DNA of 63,928 nucleotides, counting the filler, from Thraustochytrium aureum (lineage: Eukaryota), in the NCBI GenBank assembly GCA_012862495.1. It is 3 parts of 3 records of this genome, joined end to end, with 100 filler letters (N's around TTAATTAATTAA, not from the genome) between each part and the next. Parts side by side here need not be neighbours in the genome. Positions count along the whole stretch, not along the records: positions 1 to 27,563 come from BLSG01000427.1; 2 more parts are not named here. One strand, written 5' to 3'. Within the stretch, counting starts at the first letter, position 1, and each line of letters opens with the position of its first letter. Position numbers and translations under genes: made by a program. Under the pieces are notes generated by a model, which was given only the letters and a program-made list of their open reading frames with translations, did no database searches and was not told where the DNA came from. Below, piece by piece: positions 1 to 12,017 of this stretch.

Positions 1-3000
1 GGAACAGCTACAGCGACTCCAATGAACGAGGTGGGGAGGGCAACCTTGACGGGGTTGTCGTTACGCTCCTTGAGGCAGACGGCCTGACCCCGATTCTTGA
101 CCCCGTGACAGGTGCTGTCGTACGAGCCGTTACAGATATCAATGGGACCGCCGATCTCGCATTTGCGCCGGCCGACCGCGGCTTTCGCGTGCGATTCGAC
201 CTCGCCGCCATGCCGGGCCATGTCTTCACCCCCGGGGCAAACAGCGGCAGCGATGCCTTCGACTCGGATGTCGACCCGAGCACAGGGATCACGACCGCCA
301 CATTTCTGCCCTCTCGTGCTGGCCAAGTGCACTCTGGCATCATGGCTGGCCTCTTCTCCCCTGGCCATGCGACAGTTCGCGTTTGGGATGACCTCAACGG
401 GAACGGGTACCAAGACGCGGCCGAGGCGCTTTCCAACGTGTCAGGAGTCACAGTCACGCTTTATGAAGTGAATGCGGCGGATCCTGTCGTGCACCCCGCA
501 ACAGGTGCGGTCGTGCAAGCCACCACAGACAGCAACGGGCTGGCGACGCTCGACTGGATTCCGGCTGATCGTGCAGTGCGGATCCTATTCGACCTTGCTG
601 CTCACCCTGGCTTCGTTTTCACGCACGCCAACCGCGCGAGCGACTCACTGGACAGTGACGCGGACCCTGCGACCGGTTTCACGTTCCAACAGTACACAGC
701 AGACCGCGGGAATTTGAAGCACGCTGGCATTGCCGCCGGTGTGTGGCGGCCGGGCTCGGCAGAGGTTCGCGTTTGGAACGACTTGACTGGAAACGGGTAC
801 CAGGACACCTCTGAGGATCTTGCCAATGTTGAGAACGTCACGGTNNNNNNNNNNNNNNNNNNNNNNNNNNNNNNNNNNNNNNNNNNNNNNNNNNNNNNNN
901 NNNNNNNNNNNNNNNNNNNNNNNNNNNNNNNNNNNNNNCAGCGAAGGCATCGCGTTTCTCGCCTGGATCCCGGCCTCGGCTTCATTCCGAGTTCACTTTG
1001 ACCTCTCCGCCCATCCGGGTTATCGGTTCACGCACGTCAACAAAGGCTCCGACACGCGGGACAGTGATGCAGACCCCACGACGGGGCTCACCTCGCAAAC
1101 GTTTGCAGCTGACCGCGGCTCGCAAGCGTTTGGGGGGATCGCTGCTGGGGTCTGGGCGCCGGGCACAGTCACCGTTCGTGTTTGGGACGACCTCAACGGC
1201 AATGGGTACCAGGATTCGTCCGAGTCTCGCGCGAACGTATCAAACGTGGGTGTAACGCTTCTTGAGGCCAACGGTACGCCGATCTCCAACCCTGCCACAG
1301 GAGCGATTGTGACTGCTACAACAGACATGGACGGCCTTGCCACGCTGACATGGGCGCCAGCCGACCGGCCGTTCCGCGTCGCCTTCTCTCTGGCAGAACT
1401 GCCAGGACTCAGGTTCACGCATGCTCACAAGGGCGCCGACTCGCGAGACAGCGATGCAAACGCGATCACCGGTCTCACCGATTCGAGCTACGTGGCGACC
1501 AAGGGTTCGGAACAGCACGTCGGCATTGCTGCCGGTGTATGGGGCCTCGGTTCCGTGCGTGTGCGAGCCTGGTACGACGCCAACGGCAACGGGAACCAAG
1601 ACAGCAGAGAAAGAAACTACGGCATACCGAACGTCACTGTGAGCTTGGTTGAGGGCTCGACCGACGCGGTGCTTGTCAACCCAGCGACGGGCGCCCCGCT
1701 CAAGGCAATGACTGGGCCAAGCGGATTTGCCTCGATTGAGAACGTTCCCGCTGACAAAGCATTCCGCGTGCTATTCGAAGCGCCGAATAAAGCCTTTGCG
1801 TTAACGAGGCAGAACAGAGGGTCCGACTCCGTTGACAGCGATCCGAACTCGAGCAACGGCATTACTGGAAGGTACGAAGCTGTCAAGGGTCGCCAGATGT
1901 TCTCGCAAATCGACGCCGGCTTCAAGTCCGTGTCCAAAGAGGCGATGGACTACATTTTTCGGCCGACGGCCTCGCCGACGCAGTCGCCAAGTGCCGCTCC
2001 GCGACCCACAACAGCTAGCCCCACCACGGCGCCCTCTGCTGTACCTACGCTGCCTACGCCCGAGCCAACCATCACCAATATCGTCAGCAACGCCCCGTCT
2101 ACGACGCCGACGAGGGCTCCAAGCGCAACGCCGACGCAGACGCGCTGCGTTGGCTGGGAGAAAAGGGGCTGGACCTTGTGTGGCTCGTGGACGAGTCGGG
2201 AAGCGTCGACGAGACCTACGACGCTGTCAAGGTGCTTGCGGCCAATGTTGCCCGGCAGCTAGCTGAGGCCAGTCACCCGGCGCGGTTCGGCCTTGTCGAG
2301 TTCTCCAACGGGATGATTGACGGGGAGCGGCACGCGGTTGTTGACCTGACTGACGATGCGGAGGCGTTCGCTGCTGCAGCCGCTGCCATCGAGCATGACG
2401 GCGGGGCGACGTGGACTAAAAGCGCCATCCGATACGTTGCGAACCGGTACTTGAAGCGAGAGGAAAACGCGCGCCAAGCAGGCGCAAAAGTCGTCGTCAT
2501 TCTTGTGACAGACGGGGATCCCAACCCGGAGGAGGAGCAGGGCAACCCTCTTCTCGGCAATACACTGCAGAACATGCTCGAGGGCGGACTAGTGGACAAG
2601 TTTGTGTTCTTGCGAGTTGGCGATGGGGTCAGCAGTGGCCTGTTTGACGCCGTTCCGGGCTTTGATAGCTCTATGGACAAGATCAGCGCAGGCAGCTTGT
2701 CAGACGTTCCGGCAATCGCAGACGACATTCTCGCTCTGACGACGTGCTTTACCCTGTCGCCAACCTCCTCGCCAACCTCGTCGCCGCCGACGGCCTCGCC
2801 GTCCCAATCACCAACCAAGTCTCCCCAGTGCGAGTCTACTCTACTCCGAGGCCAAGCAGCCGAGCAGATGGTCTCGTTTCCTCATAATTTCCAGGTCTCT
2901 TTTGCGTTGGTGCTCAAATCCGTGAGCAGCGTGTGGACAAATCTGTTTCACGTCGGCTCTGAGGACACGCCTCGCATTGCCAGCGGGTTTGTGGATGCGT

Positions 3001-4468
3001 CAACTAGCGAGCTCGAGTTCCGAATCGGAGGCCTAACAGACGAGGCGGTCTGCAGGCCGAGCGTCGCGATGCCGCTTGCGCTTGGACAAAGCTACAGTGT
3101 GTTCTTCGAGGTTCTTGAAGGTTTTGCAGTCGTTTACATCGACGAGGAGGTGTATTGCCAAGTGGAGATCAGTGGCGGCCGGGCGCTCGGCGCAAACAAC
3201 GAGCCCGTTTACCTGTCTAGCCCGTTCTTTGCGGCTGCAGATGCATGCCTCACAAGTTTCACGATTCAAAATGGCCCGACAGACGCCCCATCGTCGTCGC
3301 CGAGCAGCTTTCCAAGCCAATCGCCGAGCCAATCGCCGAGCCAATCGCCGAGCAGGTCACCTAGCGAATCGCCGAGCCAATCGCCGAGCCAATCACCCAG
3401 CCAATCGCCGAGCAGATCGCCGAGCAGATCGCCGAGCAGGTCACCTAGCGAATCGCCGAGCCAATCGCCGAGCAGGTCGCCGAGCAGATCGCCGAGCAGG
3501 TCACCTAGCGAATCGCCGAGCCAATCGCCGAGCCAATCGCCGAGCCAATCGCCGAGCACAACACCAAGCAGGGCACCTAGCGAATCGCCAAGCAGGGCCC
3601 CAATATGTCGCCGTCGACCTTCCGCCTTGGCCCACGGCCGGCCACAGACTCGCCAAGTAACTCACCGACCAGTGCGCCTACAACGCCGACTCCTTCGCAA
3701 ACAGCCGCGCCATCAACACCGACACCTTTGCCAACAGCCTCGCCATCAACTGTCCCGCCTGTTGCACCAGCCCNNNNNNNNNNNNNNNNNNNNNNNNNNN
3801 NNNNNNNNNNNNNNNNNNNNNNNNNNNNNNNNNNNNNNNNNNNNNNNNNNNNNNNNNNNNNNNNNNNNNNNNNNNNNNNNNNNNNNNNNNNNNNNNNNNN
3901 NNNNNNNNNNNNNNNNNNNNNNNNNNNNNNNNNNNGTTCGCGATATCGTTGATGCTTTCACGATCGGACCCATGGACACACAAGTCGCGCTTCTGGCCGT
4001 TTCTGACAGAGTCTTGCACGAGATCAGCTTTGCTGACCCCCAGGCGCAGAGCCGCAACTCCTTCAAGTACTTCATTCACAGAAATCTGGCCTCGCGCACA
4101 GGCAAGAATGCTGCCGTCGGCTTGGCAATGATTGAGACCAGTCGGCTGTTCAATTCCCGACGGCCCCTGCTTTTGGGCGACCCGAAGCCAAGCGTGTCGT
4201 CGTGTTCCTCGCAGGCACTCCCGCGAAATCTACGGCTGGTTGCGAGGCGAATGGGTACGACAAAAAGAACGCTGCGAAATGCGCGCAGCAAGCGTTTGAC
4301 GATCTGCAGGCCCAGCAAGCGGGCTCTGCGGACGACGTCGAGTTTGTCTACTTGCGCACGCGCAAGGCCAAGTCCACGATCTTTCGCAAGCGGGAAGACC
4401 ATATCCTGAACGTGTCCTTCGACAGGCTCGAACCGATCAGGGACGCGGTGGTCGGCCTCATCTGCTGA
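1..4468 (+). CDS. Large adhesin-like protein, 5'-partial: at least 5 SdrD B-like (Cna-B-type) repeats, Thr/Pro linker, vWA, LamG-like region, Ser-Pro repeats, second degenerate vWA; broken by gaps and frameshifts (~2160, ~3605, ~4195)
   Basis: Repeated ~120-aa units with VW(D/N)DLNGNGYQD...VTL and DSD(A/V)DPxTGxT; vWA MIDAS LDLVWLVDESGS plus ILVTDG; WTNLFHVG beta-sandwich segment; ORFs 105-1001, 820-2262, 2178-4409, 3605-3952 and 4202-4468 join into one product. Confidence 0.8.
3290..3600 (+). repeat. Coding 12-bp tandem repeat (TCGCCGAGCCAA and variants) encoding SPSQ/SPSR/SPSE
   Basis: Directly visible tandem units. Confidence 0.95.
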
Positions 4469-5123
4469 GCAACTAACTACCTGCGCGTAGGCAGGCCGAA
4501 GAAGCTCGAGTACGAGTTCGCGCAAGATAAATCTAAAAAAAAAATGTGATAGATCAGCGCGCTCAGCGCGCAGCGCTTGATTCGTTCGTGTCAACCGATG
4601 GCAAACCTAGCCGGAGCGTCGCTCGTGGTTGCGCAACTTTAGAGGGTCAATCCAGCCCGCAATCCAACCCACTCCAAACCAAACCAAAACATCACCGGTG
4701 AGTGATGCCGAACCCGAGCCGGAGCGGGGACTCTTTCCAGCCGCCCGAGGCCAGCAAGAAGCGCGCCGCGCCATCACCCGACTCGACTTGGCGCGTCATC
4801 GGTGCTAGCAAGGGAGAAAGAGTCCTCGCTGGTGCGATTCGGGAGAGGTGACGTTGCGGTATTTCCCTGTTTGGGCGCGAGCAACGTCACTGACGCAGGG
4901 CTGAACTCCGCGGCGGCTCAACCTTCCGCCCCGCAGTGCTTGGTTTGCTAGATGGCGGGCCCTCGGCCCTGCAAACAAGATGCGGCGGTCCATCGAACCG
5001 TCCCCGAGCGGCCACGGCCGCGACAGCAGCAAAACCCAAACCAACAACATACTGACGCAAGACACCAACGGCGAGACTTGAGCGCCCACGACTTGTTCTG
5101 AAGAGCATCCAAGAAAAGGAAGG

Positions 5124-6206
5124 ATGAAGTGGGCTCGGGGCGACGAGGCGGTCGCAATCGCAGCCGTCACCGCCGCAGCTCTTCTATGGTTCGCCGGCGA
5201 AGGCGAACGCAGCCTAGCAGCGTTGCCTGCCCCCGCACTTTTCGCTCCCGACGGCCGAGGCCAATTTGGCGCCAAAGCGGGCGAGGCAGTGGCAGAAACA
5301 AGCTCTACAAGTAAGCATGCAGTGAGAATCGAACCTATGGAAGGCAAGACGATGGGCGCTCACGTTTACGGATTCGATCCGACCCAGCACCTCCACAGCT
5401 TCGACTTGGCCGCAGAGCTCCGAGACGCGCTTGAGCAACACCTGGTGCTCGTCTTTCACAACGTTAGCGACGCACTGTCCCCGGAAAACCATGTCGCCCT
5501 CTCGCGGCGCCTTGGGCGAGTCGACCCCATGGTCTCGGGCCCGCCGAGTTATTTGCGACAGGGCGTATTCAACTCTCCAGACCAGGTACAGCGCGCCCTT
5601 GCGGCAGGCGCGAAGCTCGAAGACTTGGGCTCCACAATGTTGCGCGCCGCGGATGACACGAATCTGCCAGTTGAGGTGACGCGGATCGTCAAGGAGCCGA
5701 CCGACCCGATCGCGTTTGGAGAAGGCTGGCACTCTGACTTGACTTTCCACACAGCGACGCCATTTGCAGCGGTGCTAGTCGCCCGCCAGCTCCCGACGCG
5801 CGGCGGTAATACGCACTTTGCGGACATGCGAGCAGTGTACGACAGTCTCCCTGCCGCAATAAAGACTGAGATCGAGGGCCTTCAGTCCAACCACACGGAC
5901 GGGCACGAGAACTGGGCAGCGCACCCCGTTGTGCGACACGACCATCGGGCTGGGCGGCGGTCGCTCTTCGTGAACAAGGCCTTCTCCAGGTACATAATCG
6001 GAGCCCGGCCAGGGCTGCTCGACGAGCTCTTGGAGGCCGTGGAGCGGGTGCCAACCGAGCTCAAGGACGCGTTCTTGGACATTTCGTGGTCGGACGGCCA
6101 GGTCGTAATGTGGGACAATCGGTTCACCCAGCACGCGGCGCAGGCTGACTACGTGGAGCGCCGTGAGATGCACCGCACCGTGGTGAGCGGGACGGTGCCG
6201 TACTGA
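5124..6206 (+). CDS. TauD/TfdA-family Fe(II)/2-oxoglutarate dioxygenase with N-terminal hydrophobic segment
   Basis: EGWHSDLTF (HxD), GGNTHFADM, HPVVR, LFVN, WDNRFTQHAA and the terminal MHRTVV motif. Confidence 0.92.
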   Translation: MKWARGDEAVAIAAVTAAALLWFAGEGERSLAALPAPALFAPDGRGQFGAKAGEAVAETSSTSKHAVRIEPMEGKTMGAHVYGFDPTQHLHSFDLAAELRDALEQHLVLVFHNVSDALSPENHVALSRRLGRVDPMVSGPPSYLRQGVFNSPDQVQRALAAGAKLEDLGSTMLRAADDTNLPVEVTRIVKEPTDPIAFGEGWHSDLTFHTATPFAAVLVARQLPTRGGNTHFADMRAVYDSLPAAIKTEIEGLQSNHTDGHENWAAHPVVRHDHRAGRRSLFVNKAFSRYIIGARPGLLDELLEAVERVPTELKDAFLDISWSDGQVVMWDNRFTQHAAQADYVERREMHRTVVSGTVPY

Positions 6207-6334
6207 CCAGAGCAGGTCGGCTGGTCATGCAGCAAACCAACTGTAAATAAAACCCGGGCGTTTTGATGAGGAATTCAATGGTTGGGCAGGCCAGCCGTAG
6301 ACTGGAAGGCTCGGCGCGTTCCATGCCTCGTGCT

Positions 6335-6922
6335 TCACGCGTCGAGGTTGACGCGGTACTGCACAAAGTCGTTCTTCTTGGCAACCTTGTCGTAGAGGGC
6401 CCGAGCGCGCAGATTCCCCTCGTTGGTGACCCAGTACAGCCTGTTCCACCCTCGCTCGACGGCGCGCGCCTTGAGCGCTGCAATGAGTGCGCGCCCGACC
6501 CCGCGTCCTCGGCAGGAGGAATCCACATACAGGTCCTCCAAATAGCACGCGGGTTGCACGGCCCACGTCGTCGGCTGCAGCGCAAACGTGGCAAACCCGA
6601 GCATCGTGGCCCCGTCCGCCTCGAACGCGCCAACGCACGCATGCGACCTCGGATCGCCGCGCTCGGCGCCAGCCTCCATGACCTTGGCCCAGGTCGCCTT
6701 GGTCACGTCGCTGTGGAGCTGCTCCTCATAAAACGCCAAGTACTTGCTCCACAGCTCGCGCCACTGCGCCTCGTCTTCAGCCCGCACTAGCCGAACGACC
6801 ACCCGAACATCGCCGTCGCATGGTCGCCCTGGGCCGAGCCGCCTGGCGCGCGCCCGCGCCCACACCAGACCCGCGACCGCCAGCGCCACGAAGGCCGTCT
6901 TGGCGCCCCCCGCGGCTGCCAT
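6335..6922 (-). CDS. GNAT-family N-acetyltransferase
   Basis: CYLEDLYVDSSCRGRGVGRALI (acetyl-CoA binding), LYWVTNEGNLRARALYDKVA. Confidence 0.92.
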   Translation of the reverse strand: MAAAGGAKTAFVALAVAGLVWARARARRLGPGRPCDGDVRVVVRLVRAEDEAQWRELWSKYLAFYEEQLHSDVTKATWAKVMEAGAERGDPRSHACVGAFEADGATMLGFATFALQPTTWAVQPACYLEDLYVDSSCRGRGVGRALIAALKARAVERGWNRLYWVTNEGNLRARALYDKVAKKNDFVQYRVNLDA

Positions 6923-7325
6923 CCTCTCTGCCCGCTCGGACGGCCAGCCTGCACGGACGGCGTGCCGCTCTCAAGTCGACCTGCGTCGCTGCTCGTGCGC
7001 TCCGGGGCTGCGCGCTGCGCGTTGGGGGTCTGCTGGTGGGGACCGGGAGGGATCGCGTCGCCTGCGGGGCGGTCTGGCGAGCGCCATGTTGNNNNNNNNN
7101 NNNNNNNNNNNNNNNNNNNNNNNNNNNNNNNNNNNNNNNNNNNNNNNNNNNNNNNNNNNNNNNNNNNNNNNNNNNNNNNNNNNNNNNNNNNNNNNNNNNN
7201 NNNNNNNNNNNNNNNNNNNNNNNNNNNNNNNNNNNNNNNNNNNNNNNNNNNNNNNNNNNNNNNNNNNNNNNNNNNNNNNNNNNNNNNNNNNNNNNNNNNN
7301 NNNNNNNNNNNNNNNNNNNNNNNNN

Positions 7326-9244
7326 CAGCAAGGCGCTTGACACCTCGAACGAGCCGGCTGCCATGTTCTCGAGCTGCGTGGACGCGCTCAGGCGCTGGGA
7401 CGACGAGATGAAAGTGAGCACCTCGCGCGCCGGCGTTTACTGGAGCAACATCGCGGGAATCGCGTTCGAGCCGCGCGGGCCAGAAGGCCAGCTCCTCGAC
7501 GGGTTGGCTCTGGTGGAAGCTGGAGCCAGGCTCGACGCCGAGCTCGACGCAATCGCGAGCGGGTCCGGCCGGCCCGCGAAGGCGATGGAAGACATTCTGG
7601 CCGAGCAGGGGGTCCGCGCGTGCGCGATGACGCGGACGCTGGCCGGCCTGGCGCTCCTCCTGACCGCGCCGCCCGGGGCGGCGCGGGCCGCTCTCGTCGA
7701 AGAGCTCGTCTCGGCCGTTGAAGCGGCGCTCCAGGACGGCGCCGCAGTGAATGTGCTGACCGAGCACCACATGCGGGCCTTCGTCGCAGTGGGCCGCGGC
7801 GACCTTGGGGCGGCGTGCGCCTGGTGGGAATGCATCCTGATGTGGCAGCCGACGGACATCTTGGCCCTGTGCTGCGCGCACGAGATATACAGCAAGCTCG
7901 GGGACGCTTCGGCGGCGCTCGGCGTCGTCGAGCGCTGCATTGGACTGTGGGACCTGAGCGCGCCCGGGCTCTCGCGCGCGTTGTCGATCCACGCCGTTGC
8001 GCTGATGGAGAACGGCAACTACCCCGACGGCGAGGAGGCCGCAGGGCGCGCTCTTGCGCTTGGCATGGACAACGTCTTGGCGACGCGCGGCACGGCCGCG
8101 GGGTTTTACGCGTCCAGCCGGTTCCGGGAGGGCAAGCGGCTGCTCCGAGAGCTCGTCGAAACGTTCGAGGTGGAGGACCGAGGATACCACAGAAGGCGTG
8201 AGCTGGATGAAGGACGAGCTTACCTGGTTCAGTGCGGTCTTTGACGTGGAGCTCGGCAGGTACGACACGGCGCTTTTCTTTTTGGACGAGCACTTGATTC
8301 GCAGCGGGCAGCCTGACCGGCGGATCGCTGACGTCGTCCTCTGCGGGGACTTGCTCTGGCGGCTGGAGCTGGCCGGGATCTCTCATGTGTTTTTCAAGAA
8401 TGCGCTCAAGCGGGAGCAAGAGAGCAGGGACTCGTGGAACCCGCTTTTGTGGGGGAGAAAATCGGGCAAGACGACTGGATCGAGCGGCGAGATCGACGAG
8501 CAGGAGATCTTGAAGACCTCGCTGCGCGACCGCTTTGCAGTGGTGGCCGAATCCGTGCAGCCGTTTTCGGGCCGCCCCACGGGCCTGAGTCCGCGAGACG
8601 ACGTCGTCCGCGTCATGATTTTGGCTGGGGCTGGTGAATTTGACCGCGCAGAGGAGTACATCGCGGGCATAGAAGCGACTCGAGGAATCCCCGCCGCAGA
8701 CAGCGTGTCGGCCGGCGAGGCGCCACCGCCGGCGACGCTTTTCCTGCGGACCAAGGTGCGGCGCCAAGAAGAGGCCTTGAGCGGCCCGGGCCTGCTCGTG
8801 TGCCGTGCCGCGGTTGCGCTTGCTCGTGGTGACTACCCTCCGGCTGTAGACCTGCTCCTGCAGTCCCGCCCAGAGTGGCCGCAGATCATGGGCCGCACAA
8901 TCGACCGCGATCTGCTGGAGCAGATGCTCATTTTCGCCACCATGAAGGCGGGCGCCATCCACACCGACTTCATCGTCGACCTGTTGGGCGTGGCTCACGG
9001 AAGTGACCCGGCCGACGAAACCAAGACGAGCGACAGTGGCGTCGACAGCAGCAGGGAGAACGTGTACGCGTTGCTTGCGCGATCGCTGGTGCTGGAGCGC
9101 ACGCGACGATACGCGGCTAACTCGAAGGCCTGGGAATGGGACTCGCGCATTCAGGGGCGTCTTGGCAACGCTTCGCGCGCCGAGGCTTCCGCGTTGCGGG
9201 CGATGGACCTCGGTTTCCGCCAAGGCGGTTCAGACGCCAACTGA
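7326..9244 (+). CDS. Tetratricopeptide repeat protein 38-like; 5' end in gap, frameshift near 8200
   Basis: ACAWWECILMWQPTDILALCCAH, AVALMENGNYPDGEEAAGRALAL, DLLWRLELAG and QIMGRTIDRDLLEQ resemble TTC38. Confidence 0.7.
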
Positions 9245-9703
9245 TTTCGCTCTACCAACCACTCACTACTGGCAAAATGGCAGCCCGAGGGCAGACAAAA
9301 CGAGCGTGAGAGCGGTATCGCGCGCAGGGGCGCTCGGCCTCAACTGCGCGGCGATGCAGAATCAACATTTNNNNNNNNNNNNNNNNNNNNNNNNNNNNNN
9401 NNNNNNNNNNNNNNNNNNNNNNNNNNNNNNNNNNNNNNNNNNNNNNNNNNNNNNNNNNNNNNNNNNNNNNNNNNNNNNNNNNNNNNNNNNNNNNNNNNNN
9501 NNNNNNNNNNNNNNNNNNNNNNNNNNNNNNNNNNNNNNNNNNNNNNNNNNNNNNNNNNNNNNNNNNNNNNNNNNNNNNNNNNNNNNNNNNNNNNNNNNNN
9601 NNNNNNNNNNNNNNNNNNNNNNNNNNNNNNNNNNNNNNNNNNNNNNNNNNNNNNNNNNNNNNNNNNNNNNNNNNNNNNNNNNNNNNNNNNNNNNNNNNNN
9701 NNN

Positions 9704-10846
9704 GTAGGCATTGATTTTGTTGGCGATACCGATTCCGCGACCCTCTTGTGGGAGGTAGATTACGATGCCTTCATTCTCCTGAATGAAGCCCATCGCAAAG
9801 TCGAGCTGTTCTTTGCAATCGCAGCGAAGCGAGGCGAACACTTCCGAAGTGACGCACTGGTCGTGCACGCGAACGATCACGTCGCTGCGCCCCTCAACGT
9901 TGCCGACAACCATGGCGAGCGGCTCTGCCCCGCTGGCGCAGTCCCGGTACGCGCGGCATCGGAAGCGGCCAAGCTTGGTTGGCAAGCCCGTCTCCGCGAT
10001 GAACATGTAGCGTCCAGGGGCGGGCTCGCACGCCCCCGCTTCATCGGCGAACCGCGAGGCGTAGTTTTGGTGTTTGTAATAGGTTCCGCTGCTCGGAGGC
10101 TGGGTCCTGCCGGCGTCGGCTGCCGCAGCGCCGCTCGGCTCGTGCAGCTGGCGGCCCCCAGCAGCGGCATCGGCCCGACCGTCGCCCTCGTTCTCACTCG
10201 TTTCAAACTCGGAAAGGCCAGCGCCAGCGCGCTGAGCCGCCTTGAACCCAGAGTGCTCGAGCACAGACTCGTCAACGACGACGTGCGCGGCGGCGGGGCG
10301 GTCCCCGATCACGCGCGGGATGGACGAGTAGACGGAGATGAGGGCCAAAGCGTCGTCCACGCACAAACGCGGGTAGGACCGCATCGCCAAGGGGATCTCA
10401 AAGTTGATCACCTCGCCATTGTAGTGCATGAGGTCGCTCGAGTTGGGCCTGAACACGGGAATGATGGTCAGCAGGTTCCAAAACGGGCGACCGTCCTTGC
10501 AAAAGTTGAGGATAACCACGCTCGTCTGCCGTTTCTCCCGCATGGCCATGCGCAGGTCTTGCACGTCTTCGGGGTCTGTCTCCTCGCCTTGAAGGAACGA
10601 GCACTTCTTTCCGACCATTTCGTCTTCGTCGTACCCTGTGAATTCGCAGAAGGCGGGCGTGACCGTGAGCACGATCCCGCGCTCGTCTGTTTTGATCAGG
10701 TTGAACGGCGCGCCGCTGGCAAAGTTTGACGCCGACTGGGCGCGCTGGCGCACGGACGGCTTGACCACTTTAATGCCCTTGTGCAAGATCGGCAGCTCGG
10801 CCGTGGAGAACGAGCTGCTCCTCTGCATGGCCGGCACGCCCTGCAT
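9704..10846 (-). CDS. LOV-type PAS domain fused to GTP cyclohydrolase II (RibA domain); 3' end in gap
   Basis: FCEFTGYDEDEMVGKKCSFLQGEETD...NFCKDGRPFWNLLTIIPV (LOV); LPTKLGRF, VRVHDQCVTSEVFASLRCDCKEQL and QEGRGIGIANKINAY (GCH II with three Zn-binding Cys); one uninterrupted frame. Confidence 0.9.
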
Positions 10847-11966
10847 CTCCGCAGCCCCTCGCGTTCACCCTTGCCCAACCAGCGCGACCCGCCCGAGCGG
10901 CCCGGCCACCGCAGCGGGGCCGGCGTCAGCGCGCGAATCTCCGAGAAGCCGCAATTCCGCGATTCCCACCAACCCGAGCGAGCCGCAGCCGCAGCGCCGA
11001 GCCACACCAGGCAACCCAGCAACAGCAAAAGCAGCAGCGGCGAGACCGGCGATCGGCGCAGCGCTCCGCCACGCTCGGCTGCCGCTGCTCCCCGATTCTG
11101 GTCTGCCTGCGCGTCGCTTTACTCCACCACAGCGCTCGTGTAGGTAGAGAGTACTTCACGATGCACAAGGCACTGCTGGGGCGCATTCCGCAAAACCCGC
11201 CTTCGTTTCGGGTTAATAACCGCGTAAAAAACACAGCGTCAACGTTAACTACCTGATCCCTGTTCGCGCGGCAGGCGCGGCGTGCTTGCCCCGACGGCGT
11301 GAGCCACACCCTGCACCTCGCGCCGCAACGAGCGGAACGAGCGCCACACCCTCGCCCGCCCCTCTATCCCTCGCACGCCGACCTTTCCCCTGGCAATCCT
11401 TCCAAACAGCGGGCCACCGCACCAAAAGTCCTCTATCTCGCCCCGGCGCACGTTTTCGTGCTAAACAGAGGGCGCCCCGCTGTAATCAGCTACACCATGT
11501 AAAACGCAGCCAAAAGGTGTTATAGAGGGCGAAAGGCAGTNNNNNNNNNNNNNNNNNNNNNNNNNNNNNNNNNNNNNNNNNNNNNNNNNNNNNNNNNNNN
11601 NNNNNNNNNNNNNNNNNNNNNNNNNNNNNNNNNNNNNNNNNNNNNNNNNNNNNNNNNNNNNNNNNNNNNNNNNNNNNNNNNNNNNNNNNNNNNNNNNNNN
11701 NNNNNNNNNNNNNNNNNNNNNNNNNNNNNNNNNNNNNNNNNNNNNNNNNNNNNNNNNNNNNNNNNNNNNNNNNNNNNNNNNNNNNNNNNNNNNNNNNNNN
11801 NNNNNNNNNNNNNNNNNNNNNNNNNNNNNNNNNNNNNNNNNNNNNNNNNNNNNNNNNNNNNNNNNNNNNNNNNNNNNNNNNNNNNNNNNNNNNNNNNNNN
11901 NNNNNNNNNNNNNNNNNNNNNNNNNNNNNNNNNNNNNNNNNNNNNNNNNNNNNNNNNNNNNCTGGA

Positions 11967-11988
11967 GTTGTTGTTGTTGTTGTTGTTG
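11967..11988. repeat. (GTT)n microsatellite upstream of EMC3
   Basis: Visible in sequence. Confidence 0.85.
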
Positions 11989-12017
11989 TCGGTGCTTGGT
12001 GGAAGCCGCGCGAGACG

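Noticed and set aside
3266..3559. Minus-strand (LGDW)n ORF and the alternative-frame (RRAN)n ORF
   Set aside because: Shadows of the Ser-Pro coding repeat
7388..9223. Long antisense ORFs (also 13351-14550, 42395-44143, 55588-57000)
   Set aside because: They overlap well-supported genes on the opposite strand, as expected in high-GC coding DNA
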